A stretch of DNA of 64,000 nucleotides, taken from the IMG/VR virus record IMGVR_UViG_3300021061_000001; one strand, given 5' to 3'. Of this stretch, positions 49,869 to 57,893 are shown in pieces. This DNA comes from a virus. The position numbers were made by a program, and so were the translations under genes. Below the pieces are notes generated by a model that saw only the letters and a program-made list of their open reading frames with translations, was not told the origin of the DNA and searched no databases. Numbering within the stretch: the stretch's first letter is position 1; each line of letters starts with the position of its first letter.

Positions 49869-50612
49869 ATGTCGGCCACCTGTCACCCCCGCCACATCCA
49901 GATCGACTACCGCCCTGGCACCCAGGACGAAGAAGCCTTCCGCGAAGTCATGTCCGAAAACTGCTACCGCCTCCCTTCGCGGCTCCGCGCCGACGACGTG
50001 GTGGTGGACGTAGGCGCGCACATCGGCAACTTTTCCCTGGCCTGCATCCTGCGCGGTGCTGGCCGCGTCCTGGCCTTCGAGCCGGACCGGGACAACTTCC
50101 GCTATCTGACCAGCAACCTCGAGCGCTGGATCGGCGCCACCGCCCGCAACGCCGCCGTCTGGCGCAGCGACAAGATCGAACAGGTCCATTTCACCGGCTA
50201 CCCGGCGCAGAACGCCTTCCTGGACGCCGCCCCCTACGCCAACGCCTGCGGCTCGTGCATGCCGCAGGTGAACGTGAGCGGGGTCAATGAGCGCCGCCCC
50301 GTGGAATCCGTGCCCCTGGACCAGATCCTGGAAGGCATCGCGGCGGACGGCAAGCGCGTGCGGCTACTCAAACTTGACTGCGAAGGAGCCGAGTTCCCCA
50401 TCCTCTACACCTCCAAGCGGCTCGATCTCGTTGACGAGATTTGCGGCGAACTGCACGATTTCGGCCTGCGCGGCCTGCCGCCGATGGTGGAGGGATTCAC
50501 CGACTACGACATGGACGAGATGGCCTACTACCTGGAGGGCCAGGGCTTCGACGTGGACGTGGAGCCCAATAGCCAGAGCCGGCAAATGTTCCTGTTCTGG
50601 GCCAGGCGCTAG
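49869..50612 (+). CDS. FkbM-family SAM-dependent methyltransferase
   Basis: VVDVGAHIGNFSL (motif I) and LLKLDCEGAEFPIL match the FkbM pattern. Confidence 0.75.
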   Translation: MSATCHPRHIQIDYRPGTQDEEAFREVMSENCYRLPSRLRADDVVVDVGAHIGNFSLACILRGAGRVLAFEPDRDNFRYLTSNLERWIGATARNAAVWRSDKIEQVHFTGYPAQNAFLDAAPYANACGSCMPQVNVSGVNERRPVESVPLDQILEGIAADGKRVRLLKLDCEGAEFPILYTSKRLDLVDEICGELHDFGLRGLPPMVEGFTDYDMDEMAYYLEGQGFDVDVEPNSQSRQMFLFWARR

Positions 50613-50640
50613 CCGCCACACCCTTACCCCCGAGGACACG

Positions 50641-51564
50641 ATGACCCCCGCGAAACTGAACATTCTCCTGGCCGGCTTCCCCTATGGCGGCAACGGCGCG
50701 ACCAGTTCCGAGGTGCCGTGCCTGCGCCACTGGTTCGCCAAGGTGGTGGTCGCAGCCAAGAAGGACGAGCGCGTTGGCGACATCTGGGCCATGGATTTCT
50801 CGGACACGCCCATCACGATGACCCGCAACGCGGCCGTGCTCAAGGCAAGACAACTGGGGGCCGACGTGCTGGTCATGTTCGATTCGGACCAGAAGCCCGA
50901 CATGCTCCTGGGCCAGGACCCGACCGCCAAGCCCTTCTTCGAGTCCAGTTTCGACTTCCTCTACGAGCGCAAGCAGCAAGGAAAGGCGACCTCGATCTGC
51001 GCCCCTTACTGCGGCGCGCCGCCCGAGCGGGTGCCGTTCTGCTTCACCTGGACCACCGACGACCCGGACCATCCCGACGGTCACGCACGGATGCGGCTCC
51101 TGACCCGCGAGGAAGCGGCCCTGCGCATGGGCATTCACGAGGTTCCGGCTCAGCCGACCGGCCTCATCATGTTCGACATGGACCTGTTCGAGATCACCGA
51201 CCCCAAGCACGAGTTCGAGCGCATGCTTCAGGCCGGTTATCCGCGGCAGATCGCTCAGGCGGTCACCAAGCCGTGGTTCTACTACGAGTGGCCGGACATT
51301 TATGCGGCCCGCAAGGACTCGACCGAGGACGTGACGGCCACGCGCGACATGGGGCTCGCGTGCATCAACGCCCGCGGCTACAACCCGCTCTTTTGCAACT
51401 ACGACGCCTGGGCCGGGCACTGGAAGCCGGAATGCGTTGGCAAGCCCAGGCCGATCAGTGGCGATGCCGTGAACGAGAAGTACCGCACTGCGGCCCTCAA
51501 AGGCAAGCAGTCCGGCGAAAGGCTGGTGCATGTCCGTGCCAACGGACAGCTTGTGAGCGCCTAG
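50641..51564 (+). CDS. glycosyltransferase-like protein (GT-A-type motifs), 307 aa
   Basis: ATG at 50641 has a GAGGA RBS. It contains VLVMFDSDQ (DxD-like) and a later STEDV...RD...G segment. The family was not confirmed. Confidence 0.5.
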   Translation: MTPAKLNILLAGFPYGGNGATSSEVPCLRHWFAKVVVAAKKDERVGDIWAMDFSDTPITMTRNAAVLKARQLGADVLVMFDSDQKPDMLLGQDPTAKPFFESSFDFLYERKQQGKATSICAPYCGAPPERVPFCFTWTTDDPDHPDGHARMRLLTREEAALRMGIHEVPAQPTGLIMFDMDLFEITDPKHEFERMLQAGYPRQIAQAVTKPWFYYEWPDIYAARKDSTEDVTATRDMGLACINARGYNPLFCNYDAWAGHWKPECVGKPRPISGDAVNEKYRTAALKGKQSGERLVHVRANGQLVSA

Positions 51565-51607
51565 CTCCGCCGCGCCCCGGCCAAGACCGTTTGACTGAGG
51601 GCTCCCG

Positions 51608-51925
51608 ATGTTCGCACAGGCTCCGCCAGACTGGCTCAACAACTGGGAGCGCTTCGGCTATGGCGGCATCAGCTTCCTCATGGCGGCCACGATGTTCTGG
51701 TTCTACGGCCGCCACTGGTTTCTGCGGCAGATCAAGCTGGCGGACATCTGCATCCGGGACAAGCGGATGTCGCGCAAGAGGCTCAGATGGGCGCACAGGC
51801 GGCTTCAAGAGGCCCTGCAAGGACTGGAAGAGGCACAGGCGGAACTGGTGGCCACCAAGGCCAAGGTGATCGAACTCGAACTGAGGCTCAGCCATGCAGA
51901 CCGTCCTGGTGATCGAGGACAGTAG
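51608..51925 (+). CDS. membrane protein with coiled-coil tail (105 aa), holin/spanin-like candidate
   Basis: It has one hydrophobic segment (GGISFLMAATMFWFY) followed by a charged helix. Confidence 0.5.
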   Translation: MFAQAPPDWLNNWERFGYGGISFLMAATMFWFYGRHWFLRQIKLADICIRDKRMSRKRLRWAHRRLQEALQGLEEAQAELVATKAKVIELELRLSHADRPGDRGQ

Positions 51926-52325
51926 CGAACTGGCCAAATTGTGGCAGCAGACCCTACCCGGCTTCGGCTTGCATGTGAGGCTGGCCGGCTCGCTCAGGGA
52001 GGCATTCGTGGCGCTAGCAGCAGAGGTCCCCGACTGCATCGTCCTTGATCTGTGCCTGCCAAACGGTGCCGGGGTCAACTGCGTTAAGGCAGTGCGGGCC
52101 GTCGCGGCCGACACCCCGTTGATCGTGGTCACTGGCTCGATCGAGCCGGGGCTGCGGGAAAGATGCCTGGCGGCAGGCGCGGATGTGTACTTGGAAAAGC
52201 CGACCGGGGTCAAGGACATGGTGCGGGAGATCAAGGTGGCGATCGCGACGCGCAGCACGCTGGCCGAGTGCGGCCGGCATATCGAGTCGGCCCGGCGCGG
52301 GCTGGCCTGCACGCGAGGGATGTGA
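51894..52325 (+). CDS. stand-alone CheY-like response-regulator receiver domain (143 aa)
   Basis: VLVIEDS (E8, D9), IVLDLCLP (D52), LIVVTG (T80) and YLEKP (K102) give the full receiver signature. No output domain is present. Confidence 0.8.
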   Translation: MQTVLVIEDSSELAKLWQQTLPGFGLHVRLAGSLREAFVALAAEVPDCIVLDLCLPNGAGVNCVKAVRAVAADTPLIVVTGSIEPGLRERCLAAGADVYLEKPTGVKDMVREIKVAIATRSTLAECGRHIESARRGLACTRGM

Positions 52326-52954
52326 TGAGCGAAGAACGCCTGCATGCTCTGGAAGGCGCGTTGACGGAACTGCGTACCCGGCTGTCCGCCGTCGAAACGC
52401 ATGCCGTCGAGATGGACCACCGGATCGACGTGCTGGAGGAACCCAACCCAATCGTCGTCAAGGCCAGGGGCTGGCTCGGCTGGCTGTGGGAAAACAGGCC
52501 CGAGTGGCGAACACTCCTGCCTTACCTCATCATCGCCGCCCTGCTCCTGCGCGGCGGTCAGGGCTGCGACATCCGCTGCGACCGGCTGCCGATCCCCGAC
52601 TGGGTCAATCCGATTCCTGTCCCCAAGGGGGACCTGCGCGTCGTGGTCATCTACGAGTCGGCCGATGAGCACAAACTACCGGCCGGTCAGCGCAACATCA
52701 TCATGGGCCAGAAATTCCGCGACTGGGTGACGGCCCACTGCGGCAAGTCCGATGGCAGGACGGCCGACTTCCGCGCCTACGACAAGGACACCGACACCGC
52801 CAACGATTATCCGTGGGCGCAAGAGGCCATGAAGCGGCCGCGTGCCGAACTGCCGTGGATCGTGGTCATCAAGGGAACCTCGATCGTTCACGAGGGCAAA
52901 TTGCCCGCCGACCCGGACCAGGCGATTTCGCTCTTGTCGAAGTACGGAGCCTGA
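52325..52954 (+). CDS. coiled-coil / TM / C-terminal globular domain protein (209 aa)
   Basis: ATG overlaps the upstream TGA. The hydrophobic segment is LLPYLIIAALLL. Confidence 0.6.
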   Translation: MSEERLHALEGALTELRTRLSAVETHAVEMDHRIDVLEEPNPIVVKARGWLGWLWENRPEWRTLLPYLIIAALLLRGGQGCDIRCDRLPIPDWVNPIPVPKGDLRVVVIYESADEHKLPAGQRNIIMGQKFRDWVTAHCGKSDGRTADFRAYDKDTDTANDYPWAQEAMKRPRAELPWIVVIKGTSIVHEGKLPADPDQAISLLSKYGA

Positions 52955-52955
52955 G

Positions 52956-53765
52956 ATGCCCGACATCATCACCATCACCGACGACAACTATCGTGGCTTC
53001 ATCGACTCGGCCGATGACATGCCGGGCGACCACAAGGGGCTCACCCCTCGCGACTTCGCCACCTTCCCGGTCGGCCACTACGCCAACGCTGGCCCGATCG
53101 ATTTCCCCCTCTTCTCCGATGAGCAGATCGAGAAGGAGATCAGGAACCAGGAGGAGAACGGTTCCTCGCTCGAACATCTGCGAATGACTTACGACGGCGG
53201 CAAGCCGATCGACGCCCTGGACCAGAACGGGCAGGGCTATTGCTGGGCCTACTCGACGACTTCCTGCGTGACCCTGGCGCGGGCCAAGCAGGGCATGCCC
53301 TACGAGCCGCTGTCGGGGCACATGATCGGCTGCATCATCAAGAACTATCGCAACCAGGGCGGTTGGAACGCGCAATCGATGCAGTTCGCGCAGGAGCATG
53401 GCGTGGCCTCGCAAAAGTTCTGGCCCGCCAAGTCGATGTCGCGCTCCAACGACACGCCCGAGATGCGCGAGGACGCCCGCAAGCGCCGCATTACCGAATG
53501 GTGGGACCTGTCGGACGATCCCGAGACGGTCAAGCGGCAGTTGGCGACCCTGCTCCTGCTCAACTGCCCGGTGGCGGTGGACTTCAACTGGTGGTTGCAC
53601 TCGGTCTGTGCCATCCGGCTCATGTCGTGGCGGCCGTTCAAGATCAGGATTCTCAATTCGTGGTCCAATAGCTGGTCGAAATTGGGCATGGGCGACCTCG
53701 AAGGGGGCCGGGCCATTCCCAACGGCGCGATCGCGCCGCGCGTCATCACCGCCAAGGCGGCCTGA
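52956..53765 (+). CDS. papain-family (C1-like) cysteine peptidase (269 aa)
   Basis: QNGQGYCWAYS (Gln and Cys), WWLHSV (His) and ILNSWSNSWSKLGMG (Asn-Ser-Trp) appear in the canonical order. Confidence 0.7.
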   Translation: MPDIITITDDNYRGFIDSADDMPGDHKGLTPRDFATFPVGHYANAGPIDFPLFSDEQIEKEIRNQEENGSSLEHLRMTYDGGKPIDALDQNGQGYCWAYSTTSCVTLARAKQGMPYEPLSGHMIGCIIKNYRNQGGWNAQSMQFAQEHGVASQKFWPAKSMSRSNDTPEMREDARKRRITEWWDLSDDPETVKRQLATLLLLNCPVAVDFNWWLHSVCAIRLMSWRPFKIRILNSWSNSWSKLGMGDLEGGRAIPNGAIAPRVITAKAA

Positions 53766-53779
53766 AAGGAAGGTGTTCC

Positions 53780-54331
53780 ATGAAGAAGTTCATCGACAAC
53801 CGGCACGTCTACATCGGTCTGGGCATCTTCGCGGCTGTGCTGGTGCTGGCCATCTCGCTCGGCGCCTTCCAGTCGAAAGCCAACCCCATCCTGCCGCCGC
53901 CTCCCGTGCCGGATCAGGTGCCTGTCATCGACGACGACAAGCGACCGGACGGCTTTCTGGAACCCAAACCGGAACCCGTCAAGAAACAGGCGAGCAGCCC
54001 TTATTGTGATCCGTCCTGCTCCTGCGGATGCCAGGGGGGCGGGTCGTGCGTCTGCTACATGACCATGCGAGCCAGAGCGATCAAGGAGGGGGCTGGTCTG
54101 GTGGTCTGGATCGGCTGCCGGCGCGGCACAGGCTACGACGATCATTTGCACTGCGAAGTGAAGTCGCTGCCTGGCTTCGAGGGGTTCAAGGGGCATGTCA
54201 TCAGCTACGTCAGGAACGGCGAGTTGTGGTTCGCCAGGGCGGTGCCGCACGCGGCCATGCAGGCCCCGAGGCAACCAGTGTTCTTCCAGCCGGGCGGTGG
54301 AGTCGTGCGCATGCGCGGACGCTCGTGCTGA
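53780..54331 (+). CDS. N-terminally anchored Cys-rich protein (183 aa)
   Basis: It has the TM segment VYIGLGIFAAVLVLAISLGAF, a Pro-rich linker and CDPSCSCGCQGGGSCVC. Confidence 0.6.
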   Translation: MKKFIDNRHVYIGLGIFAAVLVLAISLGAFQSKANPILPPPPVPDQVPVIDDDKRPDGFLEPKPEPVKKQASSPYCDPSCSCGCQGGGSCVCYMTMRARAIKEGAGLVVWIGCRRGTGYDDHLHCEVKSLPGFEGFKGHVISYVRNGELWFARAVPHAAMQAPRQPVFFQPGGGVVRMRGRSC

Positions 54332-54375
54332 TAGGTCCGATGTCGGCTCCGGTGCGGGGCCAGAGGAGACATGCC

Positions 54376-54594
54376 ATGGAAAACGAAGTGCAAAAGGCCA
54401 TGATGGCGGCGGCGGCGGTCGGCCTGAACCTTACCGAGGAGCAGGTCAGGGCGATCCTGGACCTCATCTACAGCGGCGGCGATTCGGTCGTGCTGGCCAC
54501 GGCCAACCCGTTCGACAACCTGGCCTGGGCCATCGCCAAGCCGATTCTCAAGCAGTTCGAGGCCAAACTGATCGCGATTCTGACCAAGAAGTGA
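54376..54594 (+). CDS. small protein (72 aa)
   Basis: AGAGGAGA RBS lies 6 nt upstream of ATG 54376. Confidence 0.5.
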   Translation: MENEVQKAMMAAAAVGLNLTEEQVRAILDLIYSGGDSVVLATANPFDNLAWAIAKPILKQFEAKLIAILTKK

Positions 54595-54597
54595 TCC

Positions 54598-54708
54598 ATG
54601 GATCGCTGGATCATTCGAGCCCTGGTGCTCCTGGCTGCCCCGATCTGGGTGCCTTACATCGCCTGGCTCGTGGCCAGGGATGTTCTGGCCGAGATGAAAA
54701 AGAGGTGA
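54598..54708 (+). CDS. 36-aa hydrophobic peptide
   Basis: The translation is MDRWIIRALVLLAAPIWVPYIAWLVARDVLAEMKKR. It fills the gap between two genes and is below the ORF-track cutoff. Confidence 0.3.
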   Translation: MDRWIIRALVLLAAPIWVPYIAWLVARDVLAEMKKR

Positions 54709-54711
54709 CCC

Positions 54712-55083
54712 ATGTCCCGCTCTCTCGTGCTCCTGAAACTCGTCCTGCTCCTGGCCCCGGTCGTGCCCGCCGAGCGCAAGGAGGGCCAGCAGCCGGTGCC
54801 GGATCTGGTGGCGACCACTCAATTCGGTTCGATGACCCAGAGCGGCAAGGTGCTGACGATCCAGGGCACCTACTGGTCGGCGACGGGCGAAATCCGCGAG
54901 GACGGCACGATCTACCTCTTGTGGATCACCAGGGGCGGCCGCATCGCTCCGGGCGTGTACCGGCAAGACGGAGACACGCTTGTGGGAAATTGGGGCTGGG
55001 TCGATGACGTGGAGATCGCCTTGGACGGCGAACTGATCGGGCAAACGTGTCGCGAGACGCTGTACCTGACGCGGCCCAAGTGA
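54712..55083 (+). CDS. secreted protein with signal-peptide-like N-terminus (123 aa)
   Basis: MSRSLVLLKLVLLLAPVVPA. Confidence 0.6.
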   Translation: MSRSLVLLKLVLLLAPVVPAERKEGQQPVPDLVATTQFGSMTQSGKVLTIQGTYWSATGEIREDGTIYLLWITRGGRIAPGVYRQDGDTLVGNWGWVDDVEIALDGELIGQTCRETLYLTRPK

Positions 55084-55185
55084 GCCTTACCCCGGCGTCA
55101 CCGTGTTCGGCTGGGCGACGGGCCGGTGCGCCGGGGCGGATCTTGTGATGGAAGGGGATGGGTGGGGGCCTGTCCCCGGTGTGGA

Positions 55186-55225
55186 CCGGACCTGGGGAGG
55201 GCGACCGAACCAGGTCCGGGTTTAT
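55186..55225 (+). other. 10-bp perfect hairpin in the 212-bp gap before the terminase genes
   Basis: CCGGACCTGG - N14 - CCAGGTCCGG is followed by GTTTATC. Confidence 0.35.
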
Positions 55226-55295
55226 CGCCGGCAGGCCGGGACAGTCGGAAGCGTACACCGCATACCGGCCGCCGGCGGCCATCGAGGCGAAGTAG

Positions 55296-55706
55296 ATGCC
55301 GAAGAAGAAGTCCGCGAGCAAACGAACCGAAGAAGCCATGCTCGTGGAGACGATGCGCGGAGCCCTCCAGACCCGCAACACCGGCATGCTCCGCGAGATC
55401 ATGGAAGAGACGATGAACCTGGCCGGCGGAACCAGGTGCTTCGCGAAGCTCTTGTGGGATGCGTACACGTCCTCTGACGCCGGGCCGCTCTTGCGGTCAC
55501 GCATCCTGGACGTGTGGATGAGAGCCCTGATGGTGACCCAGCCCAAGGGCGACCCCGACAACGATCTTGGCGCACTCAGCGCCGAGGACATCGACAGGGA
55601 GATGAAGGAGTTGATCGGTGCCGTTCGATCCGAGCAAAATGCCGCCGACGCCGCCCAAGAGGACCACCACCTCGAAGGCGACGACGACAGCGCCGAAGAA
55701 GAATAG
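55296..55706 (+). CDS. candidate small terminase subunit (136 aa)
   Basis: Assigned by position directly upstream of, and overlapping, the large subunit gene. It has a basic N-terminus and an acidic tail. Confidence 0.45.
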   Translation: MPKKKSASKRTEEAMLVETMRGALQTRNTGMLREIMEETMNLAGGTRCFAKLLWDAYTSSDAGPLLRSRILDVWMRALMVTQPKGDPDNDLGALSAEDIDREMKELIGAVRSEQNAADAAQEDHHLEGDDDSAEEE

Positions 55707-57372
55707 CGTGCCCGAAGCGCCGCCGCCTGGGATGCCCGAGCACAAGCTGGCCCGCTTCCGCAAGCTGCTCGTCGCTCGCGCCAAGCTGCGCATGGAAGGG
55801 CTCAAGCTGTTCGAGCCCATGCCGGTGCAGACCGCCTTCCTCTCCTCCTCCTGCCGCGAACGCATCGTCTATGGGTCCAACCGCAGTGGCAAGACAACGG
55901 TGGCCATGGTGGACCTGGCCCGCATCCTGACCGGCCAGGACCCGCTCGGCCGCCTGCCGCGCGAGAACCTGATCTGGTATGTGGTTGGCAAGGACGGCCG
56001 CGAGCTGGCCAACGTCGTTCACAAGAAACTGTTCATGCCCGCCTGCTTCCAGATCATCCGCGACGAACGGACCCGGCAGTGGCGAGCCTTCCGGCCTTAT
56101 CAGGAGGCGGACGCCCAGAGAGAGCAGGAAGCACGCTGGGCTCCGCCCCTGATCCCGGAGCGGTTCGTCCGCGAGGTGTCGTGGGAGAACAAGAAGGAAG
56201 GGCTGCCCAAGCTGGTGAAGCTCATCAACGGCTCGGAGATCCACTTCTTCTCGGGCAACGCCCGTCCGCCACACGGCTCGTCGATTCACGGGGCGAACTT
56301 CGACGAGGAAGTGCCCGACGGCTGGTATGCCGAGATCGCGGCCCGCCTGGTGGACTACCGCGGCTACTTCACCTGGTCGGCCACGCCCGAGCAGGGCACG
56401 GACCAGCTCCTCATCCTGCACGAACGGGCGATGGGGGAGATGGAGCGGTTCATGCAGACCGGCGTCAAGCCGTCCATCGAAGAGTATTTCATGGCCATCC
56501 ACGGCAACCGGCACCTGACCCGGGAGCAGGTGGAGGAGTTCGAGTCGAAGCTGACCGACGAGCAGAAGCGGGTCAAGGTCTACGGCGAGTTCCTGCAGCT
56601 TGGCGCGTCGGTGTTCCCCGAGTTCCTGCCATCGCTGCATGTCGTGGACCAGTTCCCGATCCCGCTCGACTGGACGCGCTACCTTTACATCGACCCCGGT
56701 TATCAGGTGTGTGCGGTCCTGTTCATGGCCGTGCCCGACCCTCGCGACGAGAAGCACGCCGGTTACAGGTACGTCTACGACGAACTGTACCTCTACAACT
56801 GCAACGCGGACCTGTTCGGCCGCAAGATGCGCGAGAAGTGCGAGGGGCAGGACTTCGAGGCGTTCCTGATCGACGAGCACGAGGCGCGCAAGCACTCGGC
56901 CGGCGACGGCAAGACTCTGGCCTCGCAGTATTCGGAGGCCCTGAGCCGCTACAAGATTCGTTCGCGCACGACCGGCTACGGTTTCTCGCCCGGCTCGGAC
57001 GATCCCAAGGCCGACGTGGCGGCCATTCGCGACTGGCTGCGTAACCGGCCCGACAAGGGGCCGATCCTGCGCGTCTTTCCCAAGGACGCCATCCCCAACT
57101 TCCACTACGAGATCACGCACTGGCGGTTCAAGAAGGACGCCAAGGGGCTGGTTACGGATGAACCCGAATCGCGCGGGCGCGTTCACCTCATGGCGGGGCT
57201 GCGCGGGCTGGTGCAGTGCGATCCGCAATGGGTCAGGCCCAAGCACATGCCGGCACCGGACGAGATCCAGCGCATCATCGCCGAGGACCGCAGGCGCGAG
57301 AAGGCCCTGTATGGCGACGGCCCCGCGGTGTTTTGCGGCCCGCGCGGCGCGCGGGTGGGGGTGGGGGCATGA
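55618..57372 (+). CDS. terL: terminase large subunit
   Basis: Walker A is GSNRSGKT and the Walker B-like segment is GANFDEE. The product is 584 aa. GTG start has AAGGAG 7 nt upstream. Confidence 0.85.
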   Translation: MPFDPSKMPPTPPKRTTTSKATTTAPKKNSVPEAPPPGMPEHKLARFRKLLVARAKLRMEGLKLFEPMPVQTAFLSSSCRERIVYGSNRSGKTTVAMVDLARILTGQDPLGRLPRENLIWYVVGKDGRELANVVHKKLFMPACFQIIRDERTRQWRAFRPYQEADAQREQEARWAPPLIPERFVREVSWENKKEGLPKLVKLINGSEIHFFSGNARPPHGSSIHGANFDEEVPDGWYAEIAARLVDYRGYFTWSATPEQGTDQLLILHERAMGEMERFMQTGVKPSIEEYFMAIHGNRHLTREQVEEFESKLTDEQKRVKVYGEFLQLGASVFPEFLPSLHVVDQFPIPLDWTRYLYIDPGYQVCAVLFMAVPDPRDEKHAGYRYVYDELYLYNCNADLFGRKMREKCEGQDFEAFLIDEHEARKHSAGDGKTLASQYSEALSRYKIRSRTTGYGFSPGSDDPKADVAAIRDWLRNRPDKGPILRVFPKDAIPNFHYEITHWRFKKDAKGLVTDEPESRGRVHLMAGLRGLVQCDPQWVRPKHMPAPDEIQRIIAEDRRREKALYGDGPAVFCGPRGARVGVGA

Positions 57373-57548
57373 AGCAGCGCGAACGCGGCTCGCTGGACGC
57401 TCAGCTTCGGGATCTTGGCTTCAAGATCCATTCCCGGCCGTCCAAGGGGGAGCCGATCTGGGAGCGGCTAGGGATCAGGTACACACAGAAGGCGGCGCTG
57501 GAAGTTCTGGCCCGCTACAAGGAAACCCACAAGGAGAACCAGCAGTGA
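57369..57548 (+). CDS. small protein (59 aa)
   Basis: ATG overlaps the terL stop (ATGA). Confidence 0.45.
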   Translation: MKQRERGSLDAQLRDLGFKIHSRPSKGEPIWERLGIRYTQKAALEVLARYKETHKENQQ

Positions 57549-57889
57549 GCGCAACAGCAACCGCGCCGGCCAAAGGGCCGGTCCAGTACGACATGCCCGA
57601 GGTGGAGCCGGGCAGCCTGGTGTGGTGGTACCGGGAAGGACATCCGCACGGGGAGCCGACGGCGGCTCTCGTGACGCGTGTCTATGCCCGCAGCGTGGAC
57701 CTCAACTTCTTCGTCGCGGGACGGGCCACGATGGACGGCCGCTCCGGGGTGCGCTGCTGCGACGACCCGGACATGAAGGACTCGGAGCGGCGCTACAACG
57801 GCGGCTGGACGCTGACCGGCCAGGACCGCAAGCTGCGCGAGCGGCTGGCGGCCCTGGAGGCACAGGTGAAGGACCTCAAGAAGAAGTAG
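57545..57889 (+). CDS. small protein (114 aa)
   Basis: GTG overlaps the upstream stop (GTGA). AGGAGA RBS. Confidence 0.5.
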   Translation: MSATATAPAKGPVQYDMPEVEPGSLVWWYREGHPHGEPTAALVTRVYARSVDLNFFVAGRATMDGRSGVRCCDDPDMKDSERRYNGGWTLTGQDRKLRERLAALEAQVKDLKKK

Positions 57890-57893
57890 GCCG

